This document shows, piece after piece, positions 1-10,190 of a stretch of 32,062 bases of DNA. Position numbers and translations under genes: made by a program. Numbering within the stretch: position 1 is the first letter of the stretch; every line of letters starts with the position of its first letter. The notes beneath the pieces were generated by a model. That model was not told the DNA's origin and did not search any database. It worked only from the letters and a program-made list of their open reading frames with translations. Location: positions 1 to 32,062 of the IMG/VR virus record IMGVR_UViG_3300025687_000189; one strand, 5' to 3'. This DNA comes from a virus. Lineage: Duplodnaviria > Caudoviricetes.

Positions 1-1500
1 CGCGATGACTTCTTGAAGTTTGTGAAGTTCACCATGCCTGCGCCGGACGCGCCGGATGACATCGAGCAGTCGATGTTTAAGGATTCAAAGCACCATCGCG
101 CATTGGCAAAGGTGCTCGAGAAGGTAGAGAAGGGCCACATTCCGCGTCTGATCGTCACGCTTCCACCCCGACATGGTAAGTCCGAGCTGATTTCGCGTCG
201 CTTCATTCCCTGGCTAATGGGGAAGGACGCATATCGCAACATCATCTTCGCAACGTATAACGAAGATTTCGCGCAGGACTTTGGTGCGGACGTTCGCAAC
301 ATTCTCCAGTCGCCATCGTTTAAGCAGACATTTCCGCAATTCGCCTTGCGCCAGGGCGGCGCGTCGAAAGGTCGCATTCAAGCAGACCGAGGCGGCATGG
401 CTGCGTTTGTGGGTCGTGGCGGATCAATCACAGGTCGTGGTGCGGATTTCCTCATCATCGACGATCCGATCAAGGACGCCGAAGAAGCGGGAAGCCCATC
501 GGTTCGGCAGAAGCTATGGGAATGGTTCACCCAAGTAGCTATGACTCGTCTGATGAATAGCGCCGCCAGCGTCATCATCGTTCACACGCGCTGGAACGAG
601 GACGACTTGATTGGCCGCCTGACTGATCCAACCAACCCGAATTACAGCGAAGAAGAGGCGTCGAAGTGGAAGGTTATCAACCTGCCTGCGATTGCCGAAA
701 ACGACGATCCGCTTGGACGTAAGAAGGGCGAGCTGCTTTGGCCTGAGCGCTTTGACATGGAATTCATGGAGGCGCAGCGTCGCTTGGACCCTAGAGGCTT
801 TTCCGCGCTCTACCAACAGCGTCCAACACCAGAGGACGGCGACTTTTTCCGGCGTGACTACATCGTTATGTACGACAAGCGCAATTTGCCGGACGACTTG
901 CGCATTTACGCCGCAAGCGATCACGCGATTGGCCAGGATCGTCGTCGCTCAGATAGCACGGTTTTGCTGGTCGTTGGCGTCGATTCGATGGGCGACATTT
1001 ACCTGCTGGATTGCTGGTGGGAGCAAGAGAGCGCAGATCATGTGGTCAACGCAATGCTGCGTATGATGAAGCGGTGGAAGCCTTTATTATGGTGGGCAGA
1101 GAAGGGCCATATTAGTAAGGCAATCGGGCCGTTTTTGCGTAAGCGCATGGTTGAAGAGCATACCTATTGCGCGATCGAGGAAGTGACCCCGGTAGCAAAC
1201 AAGGTACAGCGCGCGCAGTCGATTCAAGGCCGCATGGCGATGGGCAAGGTGAAGTTCCCCAAAGGTCCGGCCTGGGCGCATAAAGCGATCGACGAGCTGT
1301 TGAAGTTTCCGAACGCCAGGCATGACGACTTTGTGGACACGATTGCTTGGATTGGTTTGGGATTGGGGCGTCAGGCTGGGCCTGGTGCAACTAAGCCGAA
1401 GCAGGAGCTTCCTGCTACCGGATCACTTGCTTGGGTAAAGATGGACAGCAAATTCCGGGAGCGGCAGGAACGACTTGAACGTATGACAGGAGGCTTCTGA
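1..1500 (+). CDS. terL: Terminase large subunit (5'-truncated; frame open from base 1)
   Basis: Walker A-like LIVTLPPRHGKSE, Walker B FLIIDDPIKD, TRW coupling motif, C-terminal nuclease motif HDDFVD; directly upstream of the portal gene. Confidence 0.95.
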   Translation, partial: RDDFLKFVKFTMPAPDAPDDIEQSMFKDSKHHRALAKVLEKVEKGHIPRLIVTLPPRHGKSELISRRFIPWLMGKDAYRNIIFATYNEDFAQDFGADVRNILQSPSFKQTFPQFALRQGGASKGRIQADRGGMAAFVGRGGSITGRGADFLIIDDPIKDAEEAGSPSVRQKLWEWFTQVAMTRLMNSAASVIIVHTRWNEDDLIGRLTDPTNPNYSEEEASKWKVINLPAIAENDDPLGRKKGELLWPERFDMEFMEAQRRLDPRGFSALYQQRPTPEDGDFFRRDYIVMYDKRNLPDDLRIYAASDHAIGQDRRRSDSTVLLVVGVDSMGDIYLLDCWWEQESADHVVNAMLRMMKRWKPLLWWAEKGHISKAIGPFLRKRMVEEHTYCAIEEVTPVANKVQRAQSIQGRMAMGKVKFPKGPAWAHKAIDELLKFPNARHDDFVDTIAWIGLGLGRQAGPGATKPKQELPATGSLAWVKMDSKFRERQERLERMTGGF

Positions 1501-3599
1501 TGGAAGAATCAATGGAAATCATCGTCGCAACTGGCGGCGAGTGTGAGGATAAAGAGCCGACCCAGCGCCGGCAGCAGCTCGTTTCGGACGTGGTTGCGCG
1601 TGTCAATGCGGCAAAGGCGCACCACAAGAAGAAGTTTGACCAGATGCGTCGGGACATGGATATGGCCCTGCACGGTTATGACGATCGCGAGTGGGACGGC
1701 AATCGCTACACCGCAAACCTGATTAACCGTCATGTGCAGCAGCGCACCGCAGCCCTGTACGCAAAGAATCCGCGTGCTGTGGCCAAGCGTCGCAACCGCC
1801 TGGACTTTGTGAATTGGGATGGCGACGAGAAGAAACTGGCTCAGGCGTATCAGCTGAAAACGCAGGCCATGATGGCCGGCCAAATGGTCCCGCCGCAGGC
1901 AGACATGCTGATTGCTGAATACGAAGCAGTCACCGACAAGCGCCGGAAGGTCGAAGCCGTGGGCATGACCCTGGAAGCGCTGTTCAGCTATTTCATGGAC
2001 GAATCCCAGCCGAGCTTCAAGTCGCAGATGAAGAGCCTGGTTCGTCGTGTGATTACGACTTCTGCGGGCTATGTGAAGCTGGGCTTCCAGCGTGAAATGG
2101 ACCGCCATCCTGAGATCGCAGCGAAGATCAACGACATCACCGCGCAGGTCGATCACTTGCGTCGCATTGCCTCCGAGGCTGCCGAGGGCGAGATCAACCA
2201 GGATGATCCGGAAATCGAAGAACTGATGCTGTCATTGAAGGCGCTGGTGAACGAGCCGGAAATGATTATTCGCGAGGGCTTGCTGTTCGACTTCCCGGAA
2301 TCAACCGCCATTGTTGTTGATCCAATGTGCCGCCAACTGCGTGGTTTTGTTGGCGCGCGCTGGATCGCACACGAACTGTTCCTAACTCCGAACGAGGTGA
2401 AGGAAATCTATGATGTTGATTTAGAAGGGAAATTTACCCCATACGACACCAAGGGCCGCAAGCAGGACAGCGCAACCATCAAGATGGGCGTGCTGGCTGA
2501 GACTTCGACCGAGGAAACCCAGAAGGGATTGGTTTGCGTGTATGAGGTGTACGACAAACCATCTGGCCTTGTTTATGTTGTCGCCGAGGGTCATAAGGAC
2601 TTTCTGATGGAACCTGCGGCTCCGAAGCTCAAGGTCGATTCCTTCTGGCCGATCTTTGCTTTGGTGTTCAACGAAGTTGAGCACAAGGACGAAATCTATC
2701 CGCCGTCTGACGTGCAGCTGATCGCGCCGATGCAGGCCGAGTACAACCGTGCTCGCCAGGGGCTGCGCGAGCATCGTCGCGCCAATCGTCCGAAGTATGT
2801 CAGCCCGGCTGGCCGACTGGAGGACGAGGATAAGGACAAGCTCAAGGCGCATCCGGCAAATGCCGTCATCGAGATTCAGGGCATGGCCGCAGGCGAGAAG
2901 GTCGGCGACCTGATCCAGCCGGTCAAGATGATCGGTATTGATCCGAACCTGTACGAAGTGAACACAATCTTCGACGACATCCAGCTGGTCGTGGGTAGCC
3001 AGGAAGCGCAGTTTGGTGGCGTGTCTGGCTCAACGGCGACCGAAACCAGCATTGCTGAGTCTGCTCGCATGTCCGCATTGGGCGCACAGATCGACGAGTT
3101 GGATAGCTTCATGTCCGAGGTTACGCGCGCAGCAGGTCAGATCCTGTTGACCGAAATGAGCACCGAGCAGGTTAAGAAGATCGTCGGTCCGGGTGCAATC
3201 TGGCCTGAGCTGTCTTACGAAGAGATCCAGGAGGAAGTGTTCTTGGAGATCGAAGCAGGCTCGACTGGCAAGCCGAACCAAGCAGCCGAGCTGCGCAACA
3301 TCGAACGCATGCTGCCGTACTTGCTGCAAATGCCGGGCATCGATCCGAAGTGGCTGGTCAAGCAGGTACTCAAGCGCCTCGACGACAAGCTCGACATCGA
3401 TTCCGCACTCGCCAATCAGATACCTTCAATCGTATCGATGAATGCTGTTAAGAATGCAGAAGCTGCGATGGGTGGCATGGGCGGCGGTGCAGCTGATCCG
3501 AACATGCAGGGTGCAGCAGGTGGAAACAATGTGGTGGCAATGCCATCCCCTGCTCAAGCAGGCGGATCGTTGCCATCGATGGGACCAAACAATGTCTAG
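1500..3599 (+). CDS. Portal protein
   Basis: 699-aa helical protein overlapping the terL stop (TGATG). Contains SGSTATETSI, like the TATE motif of podovirus portals, and a low-complexity C-terminal tail. Confidence 0.88.
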   Translation: MEESMEIIVATGGECEDKEPTQRRQQLVSDVVARVNAAKAHHKKKFDQMRRDMDMALHGYDDREWDGNRYTANLINRHVQQRTAALYAKNPRAVAKRRNRLDFVNWDGDEKKLAQAYQLKTQAMMAGQMVPPQADMLIAEYEAVTDKRRKVEAVGMTLEALFSYFMDESQPSFKSQMKSLVRRVITTSAGYVKLGFQREMDRHPEIAAKINDITAQVDHLRRIASEAAEGEINQDDPEIEELMLSLKALVNEPEMIIREGLLFDFPESTAIVVDPMCRQLRGFVGARWIAHELFLTPNEVKEIYDVDLEGKFTPYDTKGRKQDSATIKMGVLAETSTEETQKGLVCVYEVYDKPSGLVYVVAEGHKDFLMEPAAPKLKVDSFWPIFALVFNEVEHKDEIYPPSDVQLIAPMQAEYNRARQGLREHRRANRPKYVSPAGRLEDEDKDKLKAHPANAVIEIQGMAAGEKVGDLIQPVKMIGIDPNLYEVNTIFDDIQLVVGSQEAQFGGVSGSTATETSIAESARMSALGAQIDELDSFMSEVTRAAGQILLTEMSTEQVKKIVGPGAIWPELSYEEIQEEVFLEIEAGSTGKPNQAAELRNIERMLPYLLQMPGIDPKWLVKQVLKRLDDKLDIDSALANQIPSIVSMNAVKNAEAAMGGMGGGAADPNMQGAAGGNNVVAMPSPAQAGGSLPSMGPNNV

Positions 3600-3629
3600 T
3601 TTTTTTGCGCGATAAGTGTCTGATGTCTG

Positions 3630-3658
3630 TTGTACAGCAGACAGATTGTCGGCAAAAT
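3630..3658 (+). promoter_or_regulatory. Putative internal sigma70 promoter for scaffold/capsid with operator in the spacer
   Basis: TTGTAC (3630-3635), 17 bp, CAAAAT (3653-3658). GACAGATTGTC palindrome at 3640-3650. Lies in the portal-scaffold gap. Confidence 0.5.
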
Positions 3659-3678
3659 ACAGGCATAGGAGGGACGTT

Positions 3679-4662
3679 ATGGCAGAAATGCAAAACCAGT
3701 CGGTCTCGTCCACCGACGAAGAGGATGTTACCGCAGAAGCGGTTGAAGTTGAGGCAGAGTCATCCGCTGCCGAGGGCGATGATGATGAAGGTCTGCTCGC
3801 CGTAGTCCGAAGCGCTGTTGAGGAGAAATCCGACGACAACGAAGAGGACGAAGGGAGTTCTAAAGAGGCTTCGCCAGCCGAAGAAGAGGAAACGGACCAG
3901 GGAGAAGAGCACGAAGAATTGGCCTCCGAAGCGCACGAGGAGGAGGACTATTCAAAACTGCCCTTCAACAAGCATCCGCGTTTTCAGAAGCTGATCCGTC
4001 AGCGGAATGAGTACCGGGAGAAGGCACAGAATTACGACTTCGTTCAGGAGTTCATGGACACGAATAGCCTGTCCGCCGATGAGGTGGCGCAGGGTTTCAA
4101 GCTCATGGCGATGATGAAGGCGAATCCTGAGTCGGCTTATCAGGAGTTGAGCAAGATTGTTGGGGATTTAGCCCTAGCAGCTGGCGTAACCCTACCGGAA
4201 GAATTGGCCCAGAAAGTCGAAGATGGCTATGTGGACCAAGAAACTGCTCAGACCCTATGGCGAAATCAGTTAGATGTAAAGCGCCAAGCTGATCTTGCGG
4301 CAGCTGAGAACCAGCGCTACCGCCAGGCACAGGCACAGAACGTAGCACGTTCGATGGCCGAGTCGGTGACAGCGTGGGAACAAAGCGTCCGAAAGAACGA
4401 CCCTGATTACGACCTTAAAGCAGACATGATTGAGGACCGCGTTAAAGCTCTTGTCGCCGAGAGGGGCAGGCCGCGTTCAAACCAGGAAGCACAGTCCATC
4501 GCAAAAGAAGCGTATGACTTTGTATCTGCCAGGTTGAAAACGGTCAAAGGCGTAAAACAGCCCATGAAAACAGCGGTCGGTGGAAAGGTAAGTGGAACGC
4601 CCACACCTGAGCCGCAGTCGCTTCTGGACGTTATTCAGAACACCTTGGCTCAGAGGGCATGA
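3679..4662 (+). CDS. Capsid scaffolding protein
   Basis: Very acidic N-terminus, PFNKHPRFQKLI motif and coiled coil, between portal and capsid genes. Start moved to ATG 3679, which follows SD GGAGGG. Confidence 0.82.
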   Translation: MAEMQNQSVSSTDEEDVTAEAVEVEAESSAAEGDDDEGLLAVVRSAVEEKSDDNEEDEGSSKEASPAEEEETDQGEEHEELASEAHEEEDYSKLPFNKHPRFQKLIRQRNEYREKAQNYDFVQEFMDTNSLSADEVAQGFKLMAMMKANPESAYQELSKIVGDLALAAGVTLPEELAQKVEDGYVDQETAQTLWRNQLDVKRQADLAAAENQRYRQAQAQNVARSMAESVTAWEQSVRKNDPDYDLKADMIEDRVKALVAERGRPRSNQEAQSIAKEAYDFVSARLKTVKGVKQPMKTAVGGKVSGTPTPEPQSLLDVIQNTLAQRA

Positions 4663-4692
4663 CTTTAATCATCTTCTGACGAGGTATTTATC

Positions 4693-5760
4693 ATGGCATT
4701 TACTGCTGCTGAACTGGCGAACATCGCCAACGCCGCTCTTGACTACTACATTGACAAGGGCAAGGTTTATTCACAGACCATTCAGGACAAGCCGCTGCTT
4801 GCAGCTCTTGATGCGAAGGCTAAGACCTTCCCTGGTGGCAAGGGTCAGGTTTCTGTTGGTGTTAAGGGTACTTACACCACTACCGTTGCTGGCTACACCC
4901 ACAACGACACCGTGACTTACGCTAACCCGGCAAACATCAAGCGCGCCAACTACACCTGGCGTGAGCACCATGCTGGTATCAGCGTAACCCTGACCGAGCT
5001 CAAGAACGACGGCATTTCTGTTGTCGATTCTCTGAACAGCGGTAGCGTTTCCAATCACTCTGGCCGCGATCAGACCGCTTTGGCGAATCTGCTCCAGGAC
5101 AAGCTCGAGGACATGATGGAAGGCTACGCTCGCGGCGTGAACGATCTTCTGTGGGGCGACGGTACTGCCGATCCGAAAGCGATCGCTGGTATTCGCTCTG
5201 TCGTGAAGGACGATCCGACCGCTGCGGGTACTACCGTTGGCGGCATCGACCAGTCCTTAGCTGCTAACAGCTGGTGGCGTAATCGCGTCAACTTGGCCGT
5301 TGCAACCACCGCTGGCGGCGTCGAGCTGACCGAAGAGCTGAACAGCGAATTCCGCCAGCTGCGTCGCTACGGCGGCAAGCCGGACATCGCTCTGTGTGGC
5401 TCTGACTTCCTTGATCGCCTGGCTACCGAGCTGCGCAACAAGGGTTACTTCACCCAGAACGGTTTTGCTCGCCGCACCGACATTGGCGTTGGCGACATCA
5501 CCCTTGAGGGCGTTGTATTCAAGTACGACCCGAGCATGGACGACATCGGTACGTCTTTGGGTGGCGCTACCGACTTCGCTAAGCGTTGCTACGTTGTGGA
5601 CAGCTCCAAGCTGAACCTGATGTACATGGACGGCGAAAAGATGAAGCGTCACTCACCGGCACGTCCGGCTGACCAGTACGTTATGTACCGTTCTATCACC
5701 ACGACTGCTGTTCTGGGTGCTTCCCAGCTCAACTGTCACGGTGTTTATCAGTTCTCGTAA
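4693..5760 (+). CDS. Major capsid protein
   Basis: 355 aa after the scaffold with SD GAGGT. Strongly biased codons typical of high expression (GCT, GGT, ACC, AAC), LLWGDGT motif, followed by an intrinsic terminator. Confidence 0.9.
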   Translation: MAFTAAELANIANAALDYYIDKGKVYSQTIQDKPLLAALDAKAKTFPGGKGQVSVGVKGTYTTTVAGYTHNDTVTYANPANIKRANYTWREHHAGISVTLTELKNDGISVVDSLNSGSVSNHSGRDQTALANLLQDKLEDMMEGYARGVNDLLWGDGTADPKAIAGIRSVVKDDPTAAGTTVGGIDQSLAANSWWRNRVNLAVATTAGGVELTEELNSEFRQLRRYGGKPDIALCGSDFLDRLATELRNKGYFTQNGFARRTDIGVGDITLEGVVFKYDPSMDDIGTSLGGATDFAKRCYVVDSSKLNLMYMDGEKMKRHSPARPADQYVMYRSITTTAVLGASQLNCHGVYQFS

Positions 5761-5769
5761 CTGAGGGTA

Positions 5770-5800
5770 GGGGGAGTGGCTTCGGCTGCTCCCCCTTTTT
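5770..5800 (+). terminator. Rho-independent terminator after the capsid gene
   Basis: GGGGGAGTGGC-TTCG-GCTGCTCCCCC stem with a C(UUCG)G tetraloop, followed by TTTTT. Confidence 0.88.
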
Positions 5801-5817
5801 CATATTAAGGAGATGTT

Positions 5818-6168
5818 ATGCAAATTTGCTCATGCCTCGTCCTCATCGGAGGCGATATTGGAAACAGCGTTACCAAAGACGGCGTTACCGCCCCAGAAAT
5901 TGCACTACTGCGTAGAGCGCATGGCGATGACTCTGTTCGCAATATCACCATCAAGGAAAACGCCAAAATTGACCACGATCAAGAGCGCGAGCGCTTGAGC
6001 CTGGTGTATGGCGCAGAAAAGGTAGCGAGTTTGTTTGGCCAGTTCGGCAATCTTCCAGAAACCCTGAAAGAAGCCCGCGTTCAAGACGACGTGATTGTTG
6101 AAGATCTGACCAAGAAAACACGCTCTCGCAAGGCAGCAGATACCGCTGAAACTGACTCTGGAGAATAA
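5818..6168 (+). CDS. Hypothetical virion-module protein (116 aa)
   Basis: SD AAGGAG, correct spacing, between capsid and adaptor genes. Confidence 0.8.
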   Translation: MQICSCLVLIGGDIGNSVTKDGVTAPEIALLRRAHGDDSVRNITIKENAKIDHDQERERLSLVYGAEKVASLFGQFGNLPETLKEARVQDDVIVEDLTKKTRSRKAADTAETDSGE

Positions 6169-6171
6169 GCA

Positions 6172-6882
6172 ATGTCGCGTGGCACAACCCTTGGGCAACT
6201 GATCGAAGATTTGCGTGCTGAGGCTGGCCACGCCCTTGCTCCATCACTCGGCGCTTCCACCCGCGAAGTGCTGATTTCGATTCTGCGTCGCCAGCAGAAA
6301 CGGCTTTGGGAAGATTACGCCTGGCCATTTCTGCGCGTGCGCGTAGATGTCCCTGTGCAAGCCGGACTGCGTTATTACAGCATCCCCAGCAACCTGACCT
6401 ATGAGCGCATCGAGCGCATGGAGTTCAAGTGGGGCGATCGCTGGCAGCAGCTTGGGTTCGGCATTGGTATTGAGCACCTGAATCAGTACGACTCAGACAA
6501 AGACATCCGCAGCTATCCGGTTTATCGCTACCAAGAGGCGGAGAACAATCAGATCGAAGTCTGGCCGATCCCGAGCCAGGACGGCAGCGCAGCCAATTCG
6601 GACGGCATTCTGCGCTTCACCGGAATTCGCAATCTCAATTCGCTGGTGGCAGACAGCGATCGCGCTGATCTCGACGACCAGCTGATTGTTTTGTTCGCCG
6701 CTGGTGAGCTGTTGCAGCGCCAGAAGGCGGGCGACGCCAAGGACAAATTGTTGCAGGCCGCAGCGCATTACCAGCGCCTCAAGGCTCGCAACTCCAAGTC
6801 GGATTCGTTCGTGATGAGCCAGGACGAGCCATTAGCTTACACACCGAAGGGTCCGCCGATGGTGGCCGTACAGAAGCCGTGA
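6172..6882 (+). CDS. Head-tail adaptor / tail tubular protein A-like
   Basis: 236 aa in the adaptor position, with WEDYAWPFL and IEVWPIP motifs characteristic of podovirus adaptors. Confidence 0.75.
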   Translation: MSRGTTLGQLIEDLRAEAGHALAPSLGASTREVLISILRRQQKRLWEDYAWPFLRVRVDVPVQAGLRYYSIPSNLTYERIERMEFKWGDRWQQLGFGIGIEHLNQYDSDKDIRSYPVYRYQEAENNQIEVWPIPSQDGSAANSDGILRFTGIRNLNSLVADSDRADLDDQLIVLFAAGELLQRQKAGDAKDKLLQAAAHYQRLKARNSKSDSFVMSQDEPLAYTPKGPPMVAVQKP

Positions 6883-6883
6883 C

Positions 6884-8935
6884 ATGCCGTACTTTCTTAT
6901 TGAGGATTTCAAAGCAGGGCTAGATACCCGCCGCATGGCGGTTTCAAGCGTCCCAGGATCTCTACTCCAGCTAACCAACGCGCACATTACGCGCGGTGGC
7001 GAAATCGAAAAGCGACCGGCATTCGTGCCGGTTTCTTCGTTGCCAGCCGGGTCTTTCGGCTTGCATGCCGTAGGAACCAGCTTGTACACGTTTGGGTCGG
7101 CAGCAGGTGTCACGCTTCCAGCAGACGCGCCAGCCAACCTGACGTACCAGCAGCTCTCTCATCCGAGCTCGCTGGACATGACAAAGATCCTGCACACCTC
7201 GAGCTTTAACGGTCTGCCGTATGTGATCGCGCAGTACAACGATGGCTCGGTATGGCATTTCTACAATGGCAGCCGGATTGGTAGCTGGGAAGATGGTAGA
7301 GCGCGCGCCAGCTTTACTGTGACTGGCGGCACGGCTGGTGGCGTTCAGGCAACAGCGAGCTTCGACGTGACTGGCGGGATTAACTCGCCGTCCGATACCG
7401 TGTCACAAATTCGCATTGGGACGTACCCGCTGATCTCCGGGACGGTCCAGCACGACGGCAATAACAGCTCCACCGCATCAGCGCTTGCTAATGCGATTAA
7501 CAGCTTCACCGGCAGCCCAGACTTCACGGCTTCTGCGTCCGGAACGACGGTAACGATTACCGCTGTCACCCCAGGCACAGCGTTCAATGGCATGACGCTT
7601 GCGGTGGCTACGACAGGCAGCTTTACCGTGGGCAGCCTGGTGAACATGACAGGTGGCGTGGATAACTCGATCGCCTTGATTACGGTCAATGGTGTGCGCA
7701 TCAACGGCAGCCCAATCCTGCATACCGGCGACAACACGACGACTGCCGCAGCCGTTGCCGCAGCAATCAATGACTATCCAAGCTCCCCGGATTACTTTGC
7801 CACCTCGGTTGGTGACAAGGTGAACGTGGTGGCCGTGGATGGCGGCACGACGCCGAATGGATACGGCGTTGTCCTGATTAACACGGGCGACGCGACAACC
7901 AACACCACATTAACCAATCTAGCGGGCGGCGCTGCCACCCCGAGCACTTACATTCCTGGCGAGTTCGCGAAAACCGCGAAAGCCAAAATGTACTCAGTAT
8001 CCGGGTCTGCGCTGCACTTCTCCAAAATCGACGATCCGACCGATATTACCGATACGGTTGGCGGTGCTGGCTTTGTAAATCTCTCCAACAGCGCGGAAGG
8101 CTCCGAAGCGCTGACCGCCATTGCGAGCTATCAGACCAATTTGGCCGTTTTCTCTGAGCGGACCGTGCAGATTTGGTTTATCGATGTCGATGCCGCAGCA
8201 AACCAGCAGCTCCAGGTGCTGAACAATACCGGCGCGGTTGCACCACGCTCCGTGGTGGAGTGGGGCGACGCCGACGTGTTCTACCTGTCCGAATCAGGTA
8301 TTCGCTCGCTGCGGTCTCGCGATGCGTACAACGCAGCTTTTACCAGCGATGTCGGGAACGCGATTGACTCCCTGATTACCGACGAGCTGCGCACTAACCG
8401 CCTAGCCGCACAGGATGCAGTAGGCGTTCTGGAGCCGCGTGATGGCCGCTACATGCTGGCAATCGGCGACAAAATCTATGTGTTCAGCTACTTCTCGGCG
8501 TCCAAGGTAAGCGCTTGGTCCACCTACGAGCCTGGATTCTCTGTTGAGGCTTGGGCGATTGTGGGCAGAAAGCTCTACTGCCGAGCAGACAACAATCTGT
8601 ACCTATTCGGTGGCGACGATGGCGCGACCTATGACAACTCGACGGTGACGGTCCAGCTGCCGTATCTCGACGCCAGCTCGCCTGCCACCAAGAAGTCATT
8701 TACCGGCCTCGACATTGCGTGCGAAGGCCAATGGACGATCGAAACCTGCACCGACCCCAACGATCTGACAGTTCGCCAGACCGTCGCCACGGTACACGAA
8801 ACAACCTACGACCTGGGCCATGCGTCGCTACAGGAATACGGCACGACGCTGGCGTTCAGGCTAACCAACAACACGTCGGGTGCTGCAAAAATAGGCAATA
8901 TGGTCCTGCATTACACCAGCGGTGAGGCGGGATGA
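6884..8935 (+). CDS. Tail nozzle / tail tubular protein B-like with inserted T/G/A-rich domains
   Basis: Begins YFLIEDFKAGLDTRR, beta-rich propeller-like sequence, VFYLSESGIRSL and SAWSTY motifs; follows the adaptor gene. Confidence 0.78.
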   Translation: MPYFLIEDFKAGLDTRRMAVSSVPGSLLQLTNAHITRGGEIEKRPAFVPVSSLPAGSFGLHAVGTSLYTFGSAAGVTLPADAPANLTYQQLSHPSSLDMTKILHTSSFNGLPYVIAQYNDGSVWHFYNGSRIGSWEDGRARASFTVTGGTAGGVQATASFDVTGGINSPSDTVSQIRIGTYPLISGTVQHDGNNSSTASALANAINSFTGSPDFTASASGTTVTITAVTPGTAFNGMTLAVATTGSFTVGSLVNMTGGVDNSIALITVNGVRINGSPILHTGDNTTTAAAVAAAINDYPSSPDYFATSVGDKVNVVAVDGGTTPNGYGVVLINTGDATTNTTLTNLAGGAATPSTYIPGEFAKTAKAKMYSVSGSALHFSKIDDPTDITDTVGGAGFVNLSNSAEGSEALTAIASYQTNLAVFSERTVQIWFIDVDAAANQQLQVLNNTGAVAPRSVVEWGDADVFYLSESGIRSLRSRDAYNAAFTSDVGNAIDSLITDELRTNRLAAQDAVGVLEPRDGRYMLAIGDKIYVFSYFSASKVSAWSTYEPGFSVEAWAIVGRKLYCRADNNLYLFGGDDGATYDNSTVTVQLPYLDASSPATKKSFTGLDIACEGQWTIETCTDPNDLTVRQTVATVHETTYDLGHASLQEYGTTLAFRLTNNTSGAAKIGNMVLHYTSGEAG

Positions 8936-9450
8936 GGGTATGCGATCTGGCCATCCCATTTGTCTGGGATGCGGCCTATCGGATGCGCGAAAAGGATTAC
9001 GAAGAGCTGTCCGCAATTTGCGACGTTCGCAACCGGAAAGAGTTGGCCGACAAGTTGTCGGTGGACTACGCCCCGCATCAGACGATCAAGGTGTTTTGTC
9101 TGGACGACGGCAGGCCGACGGTGGTGATGGGATGGACGATGGTTCGTCCTGGAGTGGCGCAAATCGGGATGTTTGCGACCGATGACTTCGGTAAAATAAA
9201 AGCAGCGGTAAGCAAGTATATCGTCAGACATTTTTTCGACGACATCAATACTTACAGCGTACACCGCATGGAGTGTTTTAGCCTTGGTACGCATGCCGAG
9301 GCGCACGAATGGATTGAGTGGCTGGGGCTCAAAAAAGAGTACGAGATCCCCGGTTACGGCAAAAACGGCGAAATGTTTGTGTCCTTCGCCTGGACACGCG
9401 GACCCGACGCAACGCATGTGAAATGGCGGCGCGGCGGAGAACTACGTTAG
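8932..9450 (+). CDS. GNAT-fold acyltransferase-like protein (T7 gp13 position)
   Basis: Overlaps the nozzle stop (ATGA). MREKDYEEL...GMFATD...HRMEC...AHEWIEWLGLKKE...GKNGE resembles phage GNAT-like proteins encoded before ejection proteins. Confidence 0.65.
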   Translation: MRVCDLAIPFVWDAAYRMREKDYEELSAICDVRNRKELADKLSVDYAPHQTIKVFCLDDGRPTVVMGWTMVRPGVAQIGMFATDDFGKIKAAVSKYIVRHFFDDINTYSVHRMECFSLGTHAEAHEWIEWLGLKKEYEIPGYGKNGEMFVSFAWTRGPDATHVKWRRGGELR

Positions 9451-9460
9451 AGGTGAAGGT

Positions 9461-10180
9461 ATGTGCTCATCAGGTGGCGGTGGCGGTAGACCATCTATAC
9501 AGCCGGTTCCAGTAGATCCAGCAGAGCAGGCGCGCAGGGCCGCGCAAAAGCAGCGAGAGATTGAAGAGGCAGCCCGCCAGCGCGCAGCAGAAGAAGCAGC
9601 TCGCCGCGCAGAGGAAGCCCGCATTGCAGCTGAAAAGGAACGCCAGCGTCAGATTAGCCTGGGCCGCACCAACATCGACGACGCCTTCTCACGGTTCAAC
9701 GACAGCTACTACTCGCAGCTGGACAAGCAGTACGAAGATTACGCACGCGGCGACATCGATACGCAGTATCAAGACCAGCTGCGTCGCTTGGTAGGTGCGC
9801 TTTCCGGCATCGACAACATCGCTTATGCAACCCGCAATCAGGGTGTCGAGGATCTTGGTTCGCAGTACCGCAGCGCGATCGATATGGTCGATGAGGGCGG
9901 CGATACCATTGCAGATCAAGCGCGCAACGAAGCAAACGCAGCAAGAGAACGCCTTATTCAGCGCAATTCCAGCGTAGCAAACGCATCAGCAATCGCTGAT
10001 GAGGCTCGCAAGAGCGCTGAGAATCTAGCAGGCACGTCCCGCATGTCGCGCCTGGCATCCATCTTTGTCGATCCAATGCAGTACGCAGCCAGCCGTCCAG
10101 GCTACGGCGGTCGTCCTGCGGTGTTTGGATCATCTAATTCAACTGGCACGTCGGGCGGCAGTAGCCGTGTCGTAGGGTAA
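9461..10180 (+). CDS. Putative internal virion (ejection) protein, paralogue 1
   Basis: Met-Cys start, A/Q/R/E coiled coil, position after the GNAT gene, clear similarity to the next ORF. Confidence 0.72.
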   Translation: MCSSGGGGGRPSIQPVPVDPAEQARRAAQKQREIEEAARQRAAEEAARRAEEARIAAEKERQRQISLGRTNIDDAFSRFNDSYYSQLDKQYEDYARGDIDTQYQDQLRRLVGALSGIDNIAYATRNQGVEDLGSQYRSAIDMVDEGGDTIADQARNEANAARERLIQRNSSVANASAIADEARKSAENLAGTSRMSRLASIFVDPMQYAASRPGYGGRPAVFGSSNSTGTSGGSSRVVG

Positions 10181-10190
10181 GGAGCAAGCC

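Noticed and set aside
3616-3678. Longer N-terminus for the scaffold protein
   Set aside because: The upstream ATG lacks an SD and overlaps the promoter/operator; ATG 3679 has GGAGGG.
5740-5817. T7 gp10B-style frameshift or readthrough extension of the capsid protein
   Set aside because: No slippery heptamer near the stop, and a strong terminator follows immediately.
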